A stretch of 64,000 nucleotides of DNA from a virus (Duplodnaviria; Caudoviricetes). The stretch spans positions 1 to 64,000 of IMG/VR virus record IMGVR_UViG_3300028048_000038; one strand, given 5' to 3'. How positions within the stretch are numbered: the first letter of the stretch is position 1; every line of letters starts with the position of its first letter. The position numbers and the translations under genes were made by a program. The notes beneath the pieces are model-generated. The model was not told where the DNA came from, did no database searches, and was given only the letters and a program-made list of their open reading frames with translations. Positions 28,466 through 38,876 of this stretch are shown piece after piece.

Positions 28466-28774
28466 TTACACGCACAGACCTTGCAGTATTGGAGAACTAA
28501 TAGTGTCCACCCAAACATCTATAGTATCATAAACTTCACAACCGCCATTAGGTGTCATGAATATGGTTGTTGCAATGCTCTTATAGTTCACATCGAAGAA
28601 TGTATTATTTCCCAAGAACTTTCCACCACAGAAACATGGGTCTATGTTAAGATTAAATCCATTCAACTTTTTGAAAGCATCCTCAAACTTCATTGTGCTA
28701 ACCAAACGGCACAAATCCTCTCTGTCTCTTTTACCGAGTTCTGTTGCTAACTTGACGATAATTTCTCTTTCCAT
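28466..28774 (-). CDS. Hypothetical protein
   Basis: 102 aa with own promoter. Confidence 0.6.
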   Translation of the reverse strand: MEREIIVKLATELGKRDREDLCRLVSTMKFEDAFKKLNGFNLNIDPCFCGGKFLGNNTFFDVNYKSIATTIFMTPNGGCEVYDTIDVWVDTISSPILQGLCV

Positions 28775-28947
28775 AATCTTTAATTGCTGTTTTGATGGTG
28801 CAAAGGTACGAAAAAAAATTGAATTGACAAAAGAAAATCAGGGTTTTAACATTTTATTAACACAATTAATTATTTTGTTAAAAAGTATTTATTTTCTTGG
28901 TTATTTCACTGGAATTTCGTATCTTTGCATTACATTAGTAAGATATA

Positions 28948-29160
28948 GTGTATATGGAAAAGAGAATAAAGTTTCAATATCAAGTGAAGCAAGTCAAGGG
29001 AATGTTCTCCATGAGCACCATTGAGCGTTACGAGGTAAAAGAACTTATTCACGTTTGTGACCCCAATAAGAGCGACAGAGAGAATCTTGATGATGCTTTC
29101 TGCAAGGCTTGTGACTTGGGCGCAAATCCAAACAAACAAGTTAGATGGAGTTTTATTTAA
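28948..29160 (+). CDS. Hypothetical protein
   Basis: Promoter at ~28895-28930. Confidence 0.55.
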   Translation: MYMEKRIKFQYQVKQVKGMFSMSTIERYEVKELIHVCDPNKSDRENLDDAFCKACDLGANPNKQVRWSFI

Positions 29161-29175
29161 ATTGAAAATAAGATT

Positions 29176-29448
29176 ATGGATATTACAGCAGAGATTAACA
29201 AGTTAAAGAAAGTTGCCAAGGAGAATGGTTTGGAAGTAAGATTTCATGACCATAAGACCAATGCTGGTGATTTCTGCATTTTTATCTATGATAAATCTGT
29301 AAGAAATTCGTATATTGTTGGTTTTGATGGGTATTGGAATAGTAAAACCTTGCCGTTTGATGTATGTCTGCGTTCAGCATACCATTGGATTGAGAATCGT
29401 GACAAACGTTATATCAGAGAGAATGGTGTTTGGAGGTATATAGGATAG
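29176..29448 (+). CDS. Hypothetical protein
   Basis: 90 aa. Confidence 0.6.
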   Translation: MDITAEINKLKKVAKENGLEVRFHDHKTNAGDFCIFIYDKSVRNSYIVGFDGYWNSKTLPFDVCLRSAYHWIENRDKRYIRENGVWRYIG

Positions 29449-29466
29449 TTGTACTTTTTTAAGTCT
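29449..29466 (+). repeat. 18-bp junction motif
   Basis: Directly after the TAG of 29176..29448. Confidence 0.8.
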
Positions 29467-29474
29467 TATATAAT

Positions 29475-29765
29475 ATGGAAAAGGTATTTGGTGAAGTCCA
29501 TTATTACGACTGCAAGGGTAGACAATATCGTCTTGACCATCTTCGTAATGAGATTGAACAAATGGGCATAGAAGTCAATGGTACGTCATTCAATGACGAT
29601 TATGATGGTTATGTTGAGGTTATGGTTACATTGGAGCAAGCCATTGAACTTAGCAAGAAGTATAAGAGGTTTGTCTTACCAATTGGTAAGGGTAACACAA
29701 TAGAAGAACAATTCAACGATGCTCTTAGGATTGAAAGAATGGTGAATAAAATAAGAAAAGGATAG
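29475..29765 (+). CDS. Hypothetical protein
   Basis: 96 aa, flanked by two junction motifs. Confidence 0.6.
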   Translation: MEKVFGEVHYYDCKGRQYRLDHLRNEIEQMGIEVNGTSFNDDYDGYVEVMVTLEQAIELSKKYKRFVLPIGKGNTIEEQFNDALRIERMVNKIRKG

Positions 29766-29784
29766 GTTACTAGCCTATCCTTTT

Positions 29785-29802
29785 TTGTACTTTTTTAAGT
29801 CC
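29785..29802 (+). repeat. 18-bp junction motif
   Basis: ttgtacttttttaagtcc. Confidence 0.75.
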
Positions 29803-30049
29803 ACCCATTTCTGATTCCAAGTGTACGAAGCACATAAACCATATCCTTGTGGAGATTGTTTATATCTTTCCCATACGCTTTAAGGGTTTTTGCGACTGCT
29901 ACAGCAAGTTCTGCTTCTTCTTGTGTGTCGAATCCAAGTGATGGTATCTTCAAATCATCTGTTGATTTTGTAAGGTAGTATTTAACCTTACCTTTTTCAT
30001 AACCAACTTGAACATTCTTATTTTCCGTATTAACGTTGTTCATAATCAA
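29795..30049 (-). CDS. Hypothetical protein
   Basis: 84 aa. Confidence 0.6.
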   Translation of the reverse strand: MIMNNVNTENKNVQVGYEKGKVKYYLTKSTDDLKIPSLGFDTQEEAELAVAVAKTLKAYGKDINNLHKDMVYVLRTLGIRNGWT

Positions 30050-30066
30050 TTTGTTTTAATTGTCCA

Positions 30067-30369
30067 TTAATAATACATTCTAAAGGCGAAGTATTTTGTT
30101 TCTACATTATGGTGTATGTTGAACAAATCTGTCTCAATCATATCCATCAGCCTTGCATAGTCTAACGTGAAGTCGAAATAGAAGTTTCCTAATGGTGTTT
30201 CAAGACCATTGAGGAATACCAACATATGCGCATCTCTGGTAATATACACATGACTATATTTCTTTGCAAAATTATTATTGCCCTCGAATGTTATTGCTCT
30301 CACACCATTATCAATGAGTGTCTGCTTAATGAGTTCTTGATATAAACTTTTTGTAGTTACTTTTGCCAT
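30067..30369 (-). CDS. Hypothetical protein
   Basis: 100 aa, promoter upstream. Confidence 0.6.
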   Translation of the reverse strand: MAKVTTKSLYQELIKQTLIDNGVRAITFEGNNNFAKKYSHVYITRDAHMLVFLNGLETPLGNFYFDFTLDYARLMDMIETDLFNIHHNVETKYFAFRMYY

Positions 30370-30467
30370 ATCAGTATATTTTTAATTGTTGATGCAAAGA
30401 TACGAAAAAAAACTGAGATAACCAAAAGATTACCCCAGTTTTAACAATTATTTTAAAGAGAATCAGA

Positions 30468-31154
30468 TTATGCCCAACATCTTGCTCTTGCTTTTGCTGA
30501 CATGTGGTCGCCATACTTGAATGGGTCAGTGCCTTCATCAGCCACTTTCTGCAATGTTCCAATCACGTCTTCCAATTGGCTAATAGCTTTGAGTGATTTA
30601 TTTGCAAGCGTTTGCAATCCCAATCTACGTCCTTTGCCGTTGATACACTCATGGCTTTTATATGCTTCGAGCAATCCGCTTTCAGCAGCACCTTTCATGA
30701 TGTCGGTGATATGCGTTTTGATGTCTTCAATTTTCCAAGCCACCTTTTCCACATACTGGTATGCTGCCTTTTCATTGCCCTTTGCCATGTTCTGAATATC
30801 ATCGACCAATCTTTCGAGTTCGCTTATTTTCACACGGCAGAAAACGAAGTGTGGGCGAATCTTCCTATGTTGTAGGATTTCATTTGCAATTGTGCCCCAC
30901 ATTCTATACGCATGGTCGTAATATGATGACATGGATTTCAGAATTGTAATGGGCTTTAAGAGTTTATTAATCTCCTCTGCCACAATGCTGATTTCCTTTT
31001 CCTCTTTCTTCACCTTCTTGGGCTTTGAGAGGTCAAGGAAACGCTTTTTACCTCTGCGTTCCTTTTGTTTTGCAGCCACGTCTCCTTTCCATTGTTTAAT
31101 GGTCATTTTAATGCCATTGACAATGATGTACTCATTTTCATTTGTTTTAGCCAT
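30468..31154 (-). CDS. Hypothetical helical protein
   Basis: 228 aa. Confidence 0.7.
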   Translation of the reverse strand: MAKTNENEYIIVNGIKMTIKQWKGDVAAKQKERRGKKRFLDLSKPKKVKKEEKEISIVAEEINKLLKPITILKSMSSYYDHAYRMWGTIANEILQHRKIRPHFVFCRVKISELERLVDDIQNMAKGNEKAAYQYVEKVAWKIEDIKTHITDIMKGAAESGLLEAYKSHECINGKGRRLGLQTLANKSLKAISQLEDVIGTLQKVADEGTDPFKYGDHMSAKARARCWA

Positions 31155-31158
31155 AATC

Positions 31159-31482
31159 TTATAAGTCTTTTAGATAATCCATTGTTGTGTATAAATGTTC
31201 AAGAGCGATTTCTTTCTTCTCCTTTTCTGTAATCAACTGCCACAGCATTGTACGGAGAGCGATAGAATCGAGTTCATTAATGTTGTGAACCTCATAGTTT
31301 TCATCAACACAAAAAATCGAATTACCCTTTTTGAATAACTCCTTGAACACACGTTTTTCAGTATGTTTGAAGATGCCGACCTCAAGTTTGGTCTCAACAT
31401 GCTTATGGAGTTTTGCCTTTCCATTGGCACGTGCATCCACTTTCTCTTTTATGAGTTTTAATGTTTCTGCTTTTGTAATCAT
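31159..31482 (-). CDS. Hypothetical protein
   Basis: 107 aa, promoter upstream. Confidence 0.6.
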   Translation of the reverse strand: MITKAETLKLIKEKVDARANGKAKLHKHVETKLEVGIFKHTEKRVFKELFKKGNSIFCVDENYEVHNINELDSIALRTMLWQLITEKEKKEIALEHLYTTMDYLKDL

Positions 31483-31558
31483 AATCTAAATCTTCTATTA
31501 TGTGTGCAAAGATACGAAAAAAAATTGGAATAACCAAATATTATCCCAACTTTTTTTA

Positions 31559-33118
31559 TTAATCTGTAGTAATTTTCTTCTTTAAGAGTTCTTGTTCTGT
31601 CAAATCCACAAATATTAACTCTTTCCTCGCCCTTGTAATGGCAACATATTTCAAGTTCATTTCTTGTTGTTCTTGCCATTCCTTTTGATGTGGATATTTA
31701 AGAGGTAATTTATTGGGTAATAATATAATCACCCTATTTGCTTCCAATCCCTTGCTTTTATGAGCAGTTGATAACATAACAGCATTTTCAATCTTATCAT
31801 CTGTGAACATCTTATTGATATAAGACTTCAACTGCGTTGTATCTTTAATTGAATACATACAGATGTTTTCAATGCACTTGCATCTGTCCTCTAAGTTGAG
31901 ATACTTCATTGCGTTTTTTGCAGCAGTTTCATCACACTTTCTTTCTTCTCTAATGATGTTAATCATCTTCTTCTTCTCATCGTCAAGATATTTCAATACC
32001 TCTTGAATGTTCTTTGTATTAGCGTTCTCAATGAGGTTCTTAAGGTCTTGTGCGATGTCTTTTCCCTTGACAACTGCGGTAATACCACTTTCAATCAACT
32101 TCATACAGAGTCCTACCAATGGTGCAGAAGTTCTACAGAGCACCATATCGTTCTCTCTAAAGAGCGATTTTGATAGTTCCTTGGTATGATATATCTCGCC
32201 CTTAATTGCACCCTTATGAGCCTTTATTTGAGGTACGATTTCTTGTGCCATTGCTACCATATTCGTACCACACCTATAATTGACTGACAAAGGCAGTTCA
32301 ATTGTATCATCTTGCATTGCTATTTTGTCAAAGGAATTGCAATCAGCACCAGCAAAGCCATTGATTGCTTGGTTTCTGTCACCAACTGCGATAAATCTAC
32401 CATTCTTTGCAGCGCACAACATCAACTCTCTCTGTGCCCTATTAAGGTCTTGGCACTCGTCAATAAAGACGTATTTATAAGTTGGTATTGCTTCCTTGTG
32501 GAACAATGGTAATACAATCATATCTGTATAATCAATCACCAAATCCCTTGGCATTTTATAGGCATCAGCAAGCAATATATTACATACTTCAACTTCGTCA
32601 AATAATGTTATAAGGTTATGTTCATCACAAAGTTCTCTCAACTTGGATAAATCATTTTCACTATGCCGAATGAGATTAACCCTTGCAAGTGAATACAACT
32701 TTGCCACATTGCAGCAGAATCCAAACACCTTGGCTGCGTCTGTATCTGGGGTAATGATTGATGATAACGAATATACATTCTGTTTCACATACTTATGATA
32801 CTTCCAATCATCTACCTTAACAAACATCTTGTATTGGGGATGATTATAAAACTTCTTAAGAACGTGAAAGCCGAAAGCGTGTAATGTAGATACTTCTGCA
32901 TAACCCTTTAATTTGGTCTTTAATTCCTCTACAATAAGTTTATTAAACGCAAGGAATATAACATTACGTTCTTTCTCTTTTAAACGTCTGCAAGCAGAAA
33001 CAATGGTTGTAGTTTTACCACTGCCAGCAACAGCATTAATGGCAATGTTCTCACTACCATTCTCTACTGCATCGAAAATGTCTAACTGATAATCTGAATA
33101 CTCTAATCTCTTTAGCAT
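31559..33118 (-). CDS. UvrD/Rep-like superfamily 1 helicase
   Basis: AVAGSGKTT, FIDECQD, VGDRNQAI, VNYRC, STAHKSKGLEA, YVAITRAR; start moved to ATG 33118 just downstream of the promoter. Confidence 0.9.
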   Translation of the reverse strand: MLKRLEYSDYQLDIFDAVENGSENIAINAVAGSGKTTTIVSACRRLKEKERNVIFLAFNKLIVEELKTKLKGYAEVSTLHAFGFHVLKKFYNHPQYKMFVKVDDWKYHKYVKQNVYSLSSIITPDTDAAKVFGFCCNVAKLYSLARVNLIRHSENDLSKLRELCDEHNLITLFDEVEVCNILLADAYKMPRDLVIDYTDMIVLPLFHKEAIPTYKYVFIDECQDLNRAQRELMLCAAKNGRFIAVGDRNQAINGFAGADCNSFDKIAMQDDTIELPLSVNYRCGTNMVAMAQEIVPQIKAHKGAIKGEIYHTKELSKSLFRENDMVLCRTSAPLVGLCMKLIESGITAVVKGKDIAQDLKNLIENANTKNIQEVLKYLDDEKKKMINIIREERKCDETAAKNAMKYLNLEDRCKCIENICMYSIKDTTQLKSYINKMFTDDKIENAVMLSTAHKSKGLEANRVIILLPNKLPLKYPHQKEWQEQQEMNLKYVAITRARKELIFVDLTEQELLKKKITTD

Positions 33119-33196
33119 AACGTTTGCAAAGATACGAAAAAAACATGAAACCACCAAAGATTTCATGTTAATTTTTATTATATTATTGTACTAAGT

Positions 33197-33421
33197 TTAT
33201 TTATTTATTTCGTACAATATCTCGTCTAATTTTGTGGTGATGTTTCTATCAATTTTGCCGAGTTCGCTAACAACACTTGAAATTGAATCAATTATTTCCT
33301 CATTCACCTCTCGGCACTGAGCCTTGCGCATAACAGCCCTCAAACTCTCTTTAATATCAACGATTTCCTCTCTCGTCAGTTCAAGACCTACGATACCAAC
33401 TCTTGTTAATTCTTTTGCCAT
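33197..33421 (-). CDS. Hypothetical protein
   Basis: 74 aa, own promoter. Confidence 0.6.
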   Translation of the reverse strand: MAKELTRVGIVGLELTREEIVDIKESLRAVMRKAQCREVNEEIIDSISSVVSELGKIDRNITTKLDEILYEINK

Positions 33422-33526
33422 AATATTTTTATTAATCTATTTAATTGTTATCTGTGGTGCAAAGATACGAAAAAAACGTGAACTAACCAAATAATTCACG
33501 TTAATTTTATTTAATATTATTTGTTA

Positions 33527-33901
33527 TTACCCACCAATTTCTTCAACTAACGTTTTAAGGTCTGATGTGGTCAGATTATCAACCTCGTATGGTTCAGCAT
33601 ACCATTTAATATTAGCCCATACCACACCCTCACTATCATGGAATATACCAATTACATGAGGTTTCTCCGAGTCGCTAAGACCTTGTGATTCGTCCTCACC
33701 AACAATCACATCACACTTAATTGGATTATCTTCTGTTGCATTATTAGCAGAACAGAGACATGAAATCTTTTGTCGTAATTGTTCATGCTGATAATCATCT
33801 TCTGTGAAATCATACTCACATGAAGTACAGTGATACCCATTTTCTGTTTCCACAATGCAGTGTTCATCACCGCAGAATGGACAAGTCATAATTACTTTCA
33901 T
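33527..33901 (-). CDS. Zinc-ribbon protein
   Basis: CPFCG...YHCTSC. Confidence 0.6.
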   Translation of the reverse strand: MKVIMTCPFCGDEHCIVETENGYHCTSCEYDFTEDDYQHEQLRQKISCLCSANNATEDNPIKCDVIVGEDESQGLSDSEKPHVIGIFHDSEGVVWANIKWYAEPYEVDNLTTSDLKTLVEEIGG

Positions 33902-33987
33902 ATCTTATTCTCTTTTTAATTGTTGGTGCAAAGATACGAAATTATTTCCAATCTACAAAACTTATTAAGATTTTTTAAGAAATAAAT

Positions 33988-34322
33988 CATGGGGAAGAAG
34001 CCGAATTGCTTCCTCCCCTTACAACGACAAGAATCAGTAACAATTAAAAAGATTAGATTAATTGTTGAAGGAGCTGAATTTGAATCAGCGAAGCTTCCGA
34101 AGAAGCACACTAAGCACGAACTTAGTGCCCATTTGTCCACATCAGTCTTGCGACTGTTCTCCTCTGGTATCCTTCAAATATATCTTTGAAAAGTAAGGTG
34201 TTCTCCGCTGAGAAACTTTTTTATGGTGTTCTCGTCTTCTTCCTAATGCCCTCACATCTTGAACTATTCAGAGGGATTTGTTCTCCATTTAAACCTTGCT
34301 TTATGTCTATCGTCTCATTGAC
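33988..34322 (-). ncRNA. Putative small RNA with four GAGAACA repeats
   Basis: Promoter at 34324-34360, hairpins, terminator ~33990-34020, no convincing ORF. Confidence 0.45.
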
Positions 34323-34384
34323 AATGCAAAGATATATCTGATTTTCTTAAATTCCAAATTTTCTCATAACTTTTTAACAGTTTT

Positions 34385-34714
34385 TTACATTTCGATGTTC
34401 TCAATCATATCAAATATGTGTGTGAATACGATTGCTGCAAGTGTTGGAGCATACATCTTTATTGCTTCCCAATCAAAATAGTATTGTTCCTCATTGTTAT
34501 CAATAAACCAAAGTTCAACACCAAATTGGTTGTTAACACGGAGTGATAACAAATCCCCCTTGAACACACACTTTGGAAACTTTATTGTTAAATTCTCGCT
34601 GAATGGTTTCGGCAAATTTGGAAAATATTCAAATTCTTCTCCATTAAACTCACCTTTTGCAATGATGAACATCGCAATCAATTTCTCAATTCCTATTGTA
34701 ATTTCTTTATCCAT
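34385..34714 (-). CDS. Hypothetical protein
   Basis: 109 aa. Confidence 0.6.
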   Translation of the reverse strand: MDKEITIGIEKLIAMFIIAKGEFNGEEFEYFPNLPKPFSENLTIKFPKCVFKGDLLSLRVNNQFGVELWFIDNNEEQYYFDWEAIKMYAPTLAAIVFTHIFDMIENIEM

Positions 34715-34721
34715 ATTCTTT

Positions 34722-34988
34722 TTAGATTATAGTAATCCCACAATTACCAATAGTGAGATTGATTGCTTTATTATGCTTAAGTGCAACCTTGCTGATGTCA
34801 CGACCCTTAAGGTCAATCTCAAATACAAAACACCCACGAAGCCATTGCAAAGGTGTCTTGCAGTCAATAGACCTCTCAAAATAGTCATAACGAGCAATTT
34901 CCTCGCCATCGTATAGCAACTCTATTCTGTCGCCACGCTTAAGATTCTTGTCAATCTTCTTAACCTCTTGCTCTAATTTTTTCTTCAT
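34722..34988 (-). CDS. Hypothetical protein
   Basis: 88 aa, promoter upstream. Confidence 0.6.
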   Translation of the reverse strand: MKKKLEQEVKKIDKNLKRGDRIELLYDGEEIARYDYFERSIDCKTPLQWLRGCFVFEIDLKGRDISKVALKHNKAINLTIGNCGITII

Positions 34989-35056
34989 ATTAACCCTTTT
35001 TGTTTTAACAATGCAAAGATACGAAATATTTTTGAATTAACCAAGAAAAATCTCCA

Positions 35057-35347
35057 TTATTTTACATAGAGATTTTCAAGTTTGCAATTCATAATATCTC
35101 CGTCACGATGATACACACGTTTTAATTCAGACCTTGACGAAACATTATTGAACGTGAAATACACAAGTTTATCAAGCGTATATTGCAATGTCGTGCTGAA
35201 ATAGTCTGTATAAAGCCATACTTGTGGCTTCTTATGTGACTTCGTTGGATTTGTGGCTAATATCTTGCCACTCTTTCTATTGCGTACCCTACCAAGGTTT
35301 GAAACCTCATAACGAGTGTTCCACCATAAAATTTTCCACTCTTCCAT
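35057..35347 (-). CDS. NUMOD4/HNH-like protein (degenerate HNH)
   Basis: EEWK...YEVSNLGRVRN; VYHRDGDIMNCKLENL. Confidence 0.7.
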   Translation of the reverse strand: MEEWKILWWNTRYEVSNLGRVRNRKSGKILATNPTKSHKKPQVWLYTDYFSTTLQYTLDKLVYFTFNNVSSRSELKRVYHRDGDIMNCKLENLYVK

Positions 35348-35348
35348 A

Positions 35349-35573
35349 TTATAATTTATCTTTAAGTTTGATTAAATCTACACCACTAATCTTCTTATAG
35401 GCACGACCATTGCGAGAGATAAAGAGTGGCTTACCGCTATTCTCCTTTAAACTCCACTCATGTACGCATCTTTCCCACGCTGCCATATCACTGATGGTAA
35501 ACCACTTGGTACTTCCATCGAGTATCTTACCGCTTTTACTGCGACCCTCACCGATTCTAACTACTATACTCAT
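35349..35573 (-). CDS. Hypothetical protein
   Basis: Start placed at MSIVVRIG. Confidence 0.5.
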   Translation of the reverse strand: MSIVVRIGEGRSKSGKILDGSTKWFTISDMAAWERCVHEWSLKENSGKPLFISRNGRAYKKISGVDLIKLKDKL

Positions 35574-35574
35574 A

Positions 35575-35793
35575 TTATCCTTTTCTATAAGTGTAATCGT
35601 AAACCTCATTGTTATCGCCATCATAGGCATAAATAGATTCATCTTCAAACATGATGTCAATGTCTGAACGTTCATCAATTGGATTCTTGCGCATCTTCTT
35701 AACCTCTTTATCAAAGGCTTTCTTTGCGCAGTCAAACTTACGATGCTGACTTATGCAATCGCCACCAACATATAAATCTAATAACTTTGCCAT
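35575..35793 (-). CDS. Hypothetical protein
   Basis: Start placed at MAKLLDL. Confidence 0.55.
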   Translation of the reverse strand: MAKLLDLYVGGDCISQHRKFDCAKKAFDKEVKKMRKNPIDERSDIDIMFEDESIYAYDGDNNEVYDYTYRKG

Positions 35794-35797
35794 ATCT

Positions 35798-36037
35798 CTA
35801 ATCTTTTTTAATTTCGTTATAATAAAACTTCTCAATCCTATAATGTTGCTTAATCATTTTACATAGCAACTCACACTGCACAAGAGTTACATCGTAATTG
35901 TCACGAATGTAGTCAGAAAAATACTCATAAGGTGAACTACTATCTCCAATACGACCATTCCATTTCTCACCAAATGTTTTGATAATATCAGCAAATAACT
36001 TGCTTGTATCGTTTGTTTGTTCCTTAACCCATCCCAT
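35798..36037 (-). CDS. Hypothetical protein
   Basis: 79 aa, promoter upstream. Confidence 0.55.
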   Translation of the reverse strand: MGWVKEQTNDTSKLFADIIKTFGEKWNGRIGDSSSPYEYFSDYIRDNYDVTLVQCELLCKMIKQHYRIEKFYYNEIKKD

Positions 36038-36148
36038 AATCTTTATTTTCTTTTTAATTGTTATTTTATTGATGCAAAGATACGAAAAAAAATTGGATTA
36101 ACCAAACGATTAACCCAATTTCTTCCAGTTATTTACAATGTTTAACAT

Positions 36149-36427
36149 TTACTCCCCTTTTGAGAGGTCATAAGCACGATTGGTTGATTTCAACTCGTGT
36201 TTCAATTCACGCAATCCCTTTTGATAGTCACGTACCTTTGCACGGCCATCAACAAGAGCCTTTGTCAGATTCGTTAAACGTTCTGAACGTTCCTCCTTAT
36301 TGGGTGTCCAAATGGGGGCAATCTCCAAACGAATAGCCTTATTTGCTTCTTCACGATTGCTTAATGAGGTGCGTAACTCAACTTGTGCTATGCGGATTGA
36401 CCGCATCTTTGCTAACTCCTTTGCCAT
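36149..36427 (-). CDS. Hypothetical coiled-coil protein
   Basis: 92 aa. Confidence 0.6.
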   Translation of the reverse strand: MAKELAKMRSIRIAQVELRTSLSNREEANKAIRLEIAPIWTPNKEERSERLTNLTKALVDGRAKVRDYQKGLRELKHELKSTNRAYDLSKGE

Positions 36428-36431
36428 AGTT

Positions 36432-36878
36432 TTATTTTAATGCTTTAATTTTATCATAATATAATGTCTTTGCATATTCTGTCAATTCTGATTCTGCCAT
36501 TTTGAGAAATGATTTATAGTCATTTACTTGTGATTCAAGTGGTAAAACCACTTCAAACTTTACTTCAATGGTAGCACTTACAATAGTGTCGTTTTTCCCA
36601 ATCACACCCACTTGCTGCAAGATGTATTCATCAATCTGCTTCTTAAAGCATGGGGAAACGATAGCACTTGCTTCTACATTCTCATATTCATACACATGTG
36701 TATAAGTCACTCGCTTTTCATCTGCATGATACTCAACCTCCAAGTGGAATGTGTCACCATCGGCATCAACCATATCTTGAAAGATAATCACGTAGGTATC
36801 ATCATCAAGCCAATGTTCATCTTGCACCTCATAGAAGATGGTTGGTATTGACTTTGATGTGAAAACTTTTTTTGCCAT
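36432..36878 (-). CDS. Hypothetical protein
   Basis: 148 aa, promoter upstream. Confidence 0.65.
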   Translation of the reverse strand: MAKKVFTSKSIPTIFYEVQDEHWLDDDTYVIIFQDMVDADGDTFHLEVEYHADEKRVTYTHVYEYENVEASAIVSPCFKKQIDEYILQQVGVIGKNDTIVSATIEVKFEVVLPLESQVNDYKSFLKMAESELTEYAKTLYYDKIKALK

Positions 36879-36962
36879 ATCTATTCTCCTCTTTAATTGT
36901 TATTTCTTTTCTTGATGCAAAGATACGAAATTCCCTTGAATTAGCCAAGGGAATTAACAATT

Positions 36963-37223
36963 TTAACACTCAATGAGTGGTATTTCTTCCACACCAAACT
37001 CATAGTCCTTAAAGTTGGCATACCCATGATGGCATACAGCCTTTGAAATCTCATAGGCAAAGCCACTGAACTGAGCGAGTATTCCACTCTCTACGATGGT
37101 AAATCTCACATTTTCAATCACACTTGGGTCACGCATATCCTTATCAGACGGAATAGCGCAAATACACCCCTTTGTATTATCGTCAGTGTCCACATAATAC
37201 ACTACCTTAATATTCTTACTCAT
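36963..37223 (-). CDS. Hypothetical protein
   Basis: 86 aa. Confidence 0.55.
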   Translation of the reverse strand: MSKNIKVVYYVDTDDNTKGCICAIPSDKDMRDPSVIENVRFTIVESGILAQFSGFAYEISKAVCHHGYANFKDYEFGVEEIPLIEC

Positions 37224-37408
37224 ATTTCTTCTTTGACTTCAAGTTTTGTATAACAGAAACTAATACCACCTTTTGCGAATGGCGGTCTTTTCTTGAACTT
37301 CTTCAATGCCTCGTCAGCATTTTCAGCCTCTATTATCTTCCATCCACCTTTTTCACATACTTCTGGTTGAGTGATTTTCACTTCGTATGTGACACGATAT
37401 TTACTCAT
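37220..37408 (-). CDS. Hypothetical protein
   Basis: IIEAENADEALKK motif common in small phage proteins. Confidence 0.55.
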   Translation of the reverse strand: MSKYRVTYEVKITQPEVCEKGGWKIIEAENADEALKKFKKRPPFAKGGISFCYTKLEVKEEI

Positions 37409-37796
37409 ACCAATCGTTTGCTACATCATCAGTTTCAAAAATACACTCTGCAATTAACTGATTGCGCTCGGCATCACCAGTTACGCCATCAAGAATACCG
37501 CCATAAGGGGAAAGATACTCGGCAATCTGTTCCGCATCGTAATCGTTCACATCTGTCTCGCTCTGATACCAATCAGCGATTGTGGTGCGGTCATTCAGAA
37601 CTGAAAGCAAATGCTTGTTGCCCAAGTGAAACGTCTTGACAAATGCCTTCAAATCATCATTCTTTAACTGAATGTACTCAAACTCCGTGTCGCTAACCTT
37701 GCGACAGAACTGACATTCATCTGGGTCTGTGCAAATCCACTCTTCCACATCAAAGTGAATCGTGTTGTCCTTGTTGAATTTGTTGTTAAACCACAT
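37401..37796 (-). CDS. Hypothetical protein
   Basis: 131 aa; WICTDPDECQFCRK...QLIAECIFE. Confidence 0.65.
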   Translation of the reverse strand: MWFNNKFNKDNTIHFDVEEWICTDPDECQFCRKVSDTEFEYIQLKNDDLKAFVKTFHLGNKHLLSVLNDRTTIADWYQSETDVNDYDAEQIAEYLSPYGGILDGVTGDAERNQLIAECIFETDDVANDWYE

Positions 37797-38097
37797 AATC
37801 TAATCTCCTTTTATTTAATCATATTAATACTTTAACCACATAATCTAATCTCCTATTCTATTTCAAAATGACAATCTATTTTCCCAAGTGATGAACATAT
37901 ATCACTATCACCACACATAAAATGCAAACTGCATTTGCTACAAGCGTTATACATAATATCATCCTTTACTAATTTATGTCTTACGCCATTGATTTCTACT
38001 ATAATATAGTCCATATCTCCTTTTGTTTTTTATTGTGGTGCAAATATACGAAAAAAATCTGAGATAGCCAAAAAAATCCCAGATTTTTAACTTTTAT

Positions 38098-38328
38098 TTA
38101 TAATAATACTTTGTCGTTTGCTGAATTGGCAATGTCCCAGAGGTTGCCCATTGTGACACACTTCTCTCCAAGGCATCTGTTATTGCTTGACCACTTATAA
38201 ATGTGAACTTTAATAGTCCATTGGTCTAATCCATTCCTAAGAGTGTTTAAGACATCATCCCAAGTTAGTATGTCATTGATATACTTTGGGTCAGCATTGT
38301 TATTATTTATTATCAAACTATAAGTCAT
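38098..38328 (-). CDS. Hypothetical protein
   Basis: 76 aa. Confidence 0.5.
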   Translation of the reverse strand: MTYSLIINNNNADPKYINDILTWDDVLNTLRNGLDQWTIKVHIYKWSSNNRCLGEKCVTMGNLWDIANSANDKVLL

Positions 38329-38329
38329 A

Positions 38330-38587
38330 TTAGAAGCCTTTTAAGACGTTTGCCACGAACAACATCAATGTATAGGTCTCGCTCCCATCAAGACATTCCA
38401 AGTCCTCTGGGGTCAAACCCTCCATCAGTTGCTTGCAGCCATTTCTGACTGACATTTTACGATTTTTATTCTCTCTATCACGGAGAACACCATCATCATC
38501 AAGATTAAACCAATTATCCATGTGGGATGCTTTGGCTAACTTCTGCAATACAGAAATCTGATAACTTGTTAATTCTAACTTTGCCAT
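38330..38587 (-). CDS. Hypothetical protein
   Basis: 85 aa, promoter upstream. Confidence 0.6.
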   Translation of the reverse strand: MAKLELTSYQISVLQKLAKASHMDNWFNLDDDGVLRDRENKNRKMSVRNGCKQLMEGLTPEDLECLDGSETYTLMLFVANVLKGF

Positions 38588-38876
38588 ATTACTTATCTTT
38601 TTAATTGTGGTGCAAAGATACGAAAAAAATCTGAATTAACCAAACAATCCAGATTTTTTTAGCATTTTTTATCATTCCACACCACCTATTGCGAGAGCCT
38701 TGAAATGGTGCATTGCTTCATTCAACGTCATTTTGCGAGGTGCAGTGACTTCTTTGTTCCCATCCCTTGTGAAGATGTTGAACTTGGTGAACTTCGCTAC
38801 CCTTGTTACTTCTTCTTTTAACTTTGCCATAATTTAATCTCCTTTTAATTGTTATGGTGTAAATATACGGAAAAAC

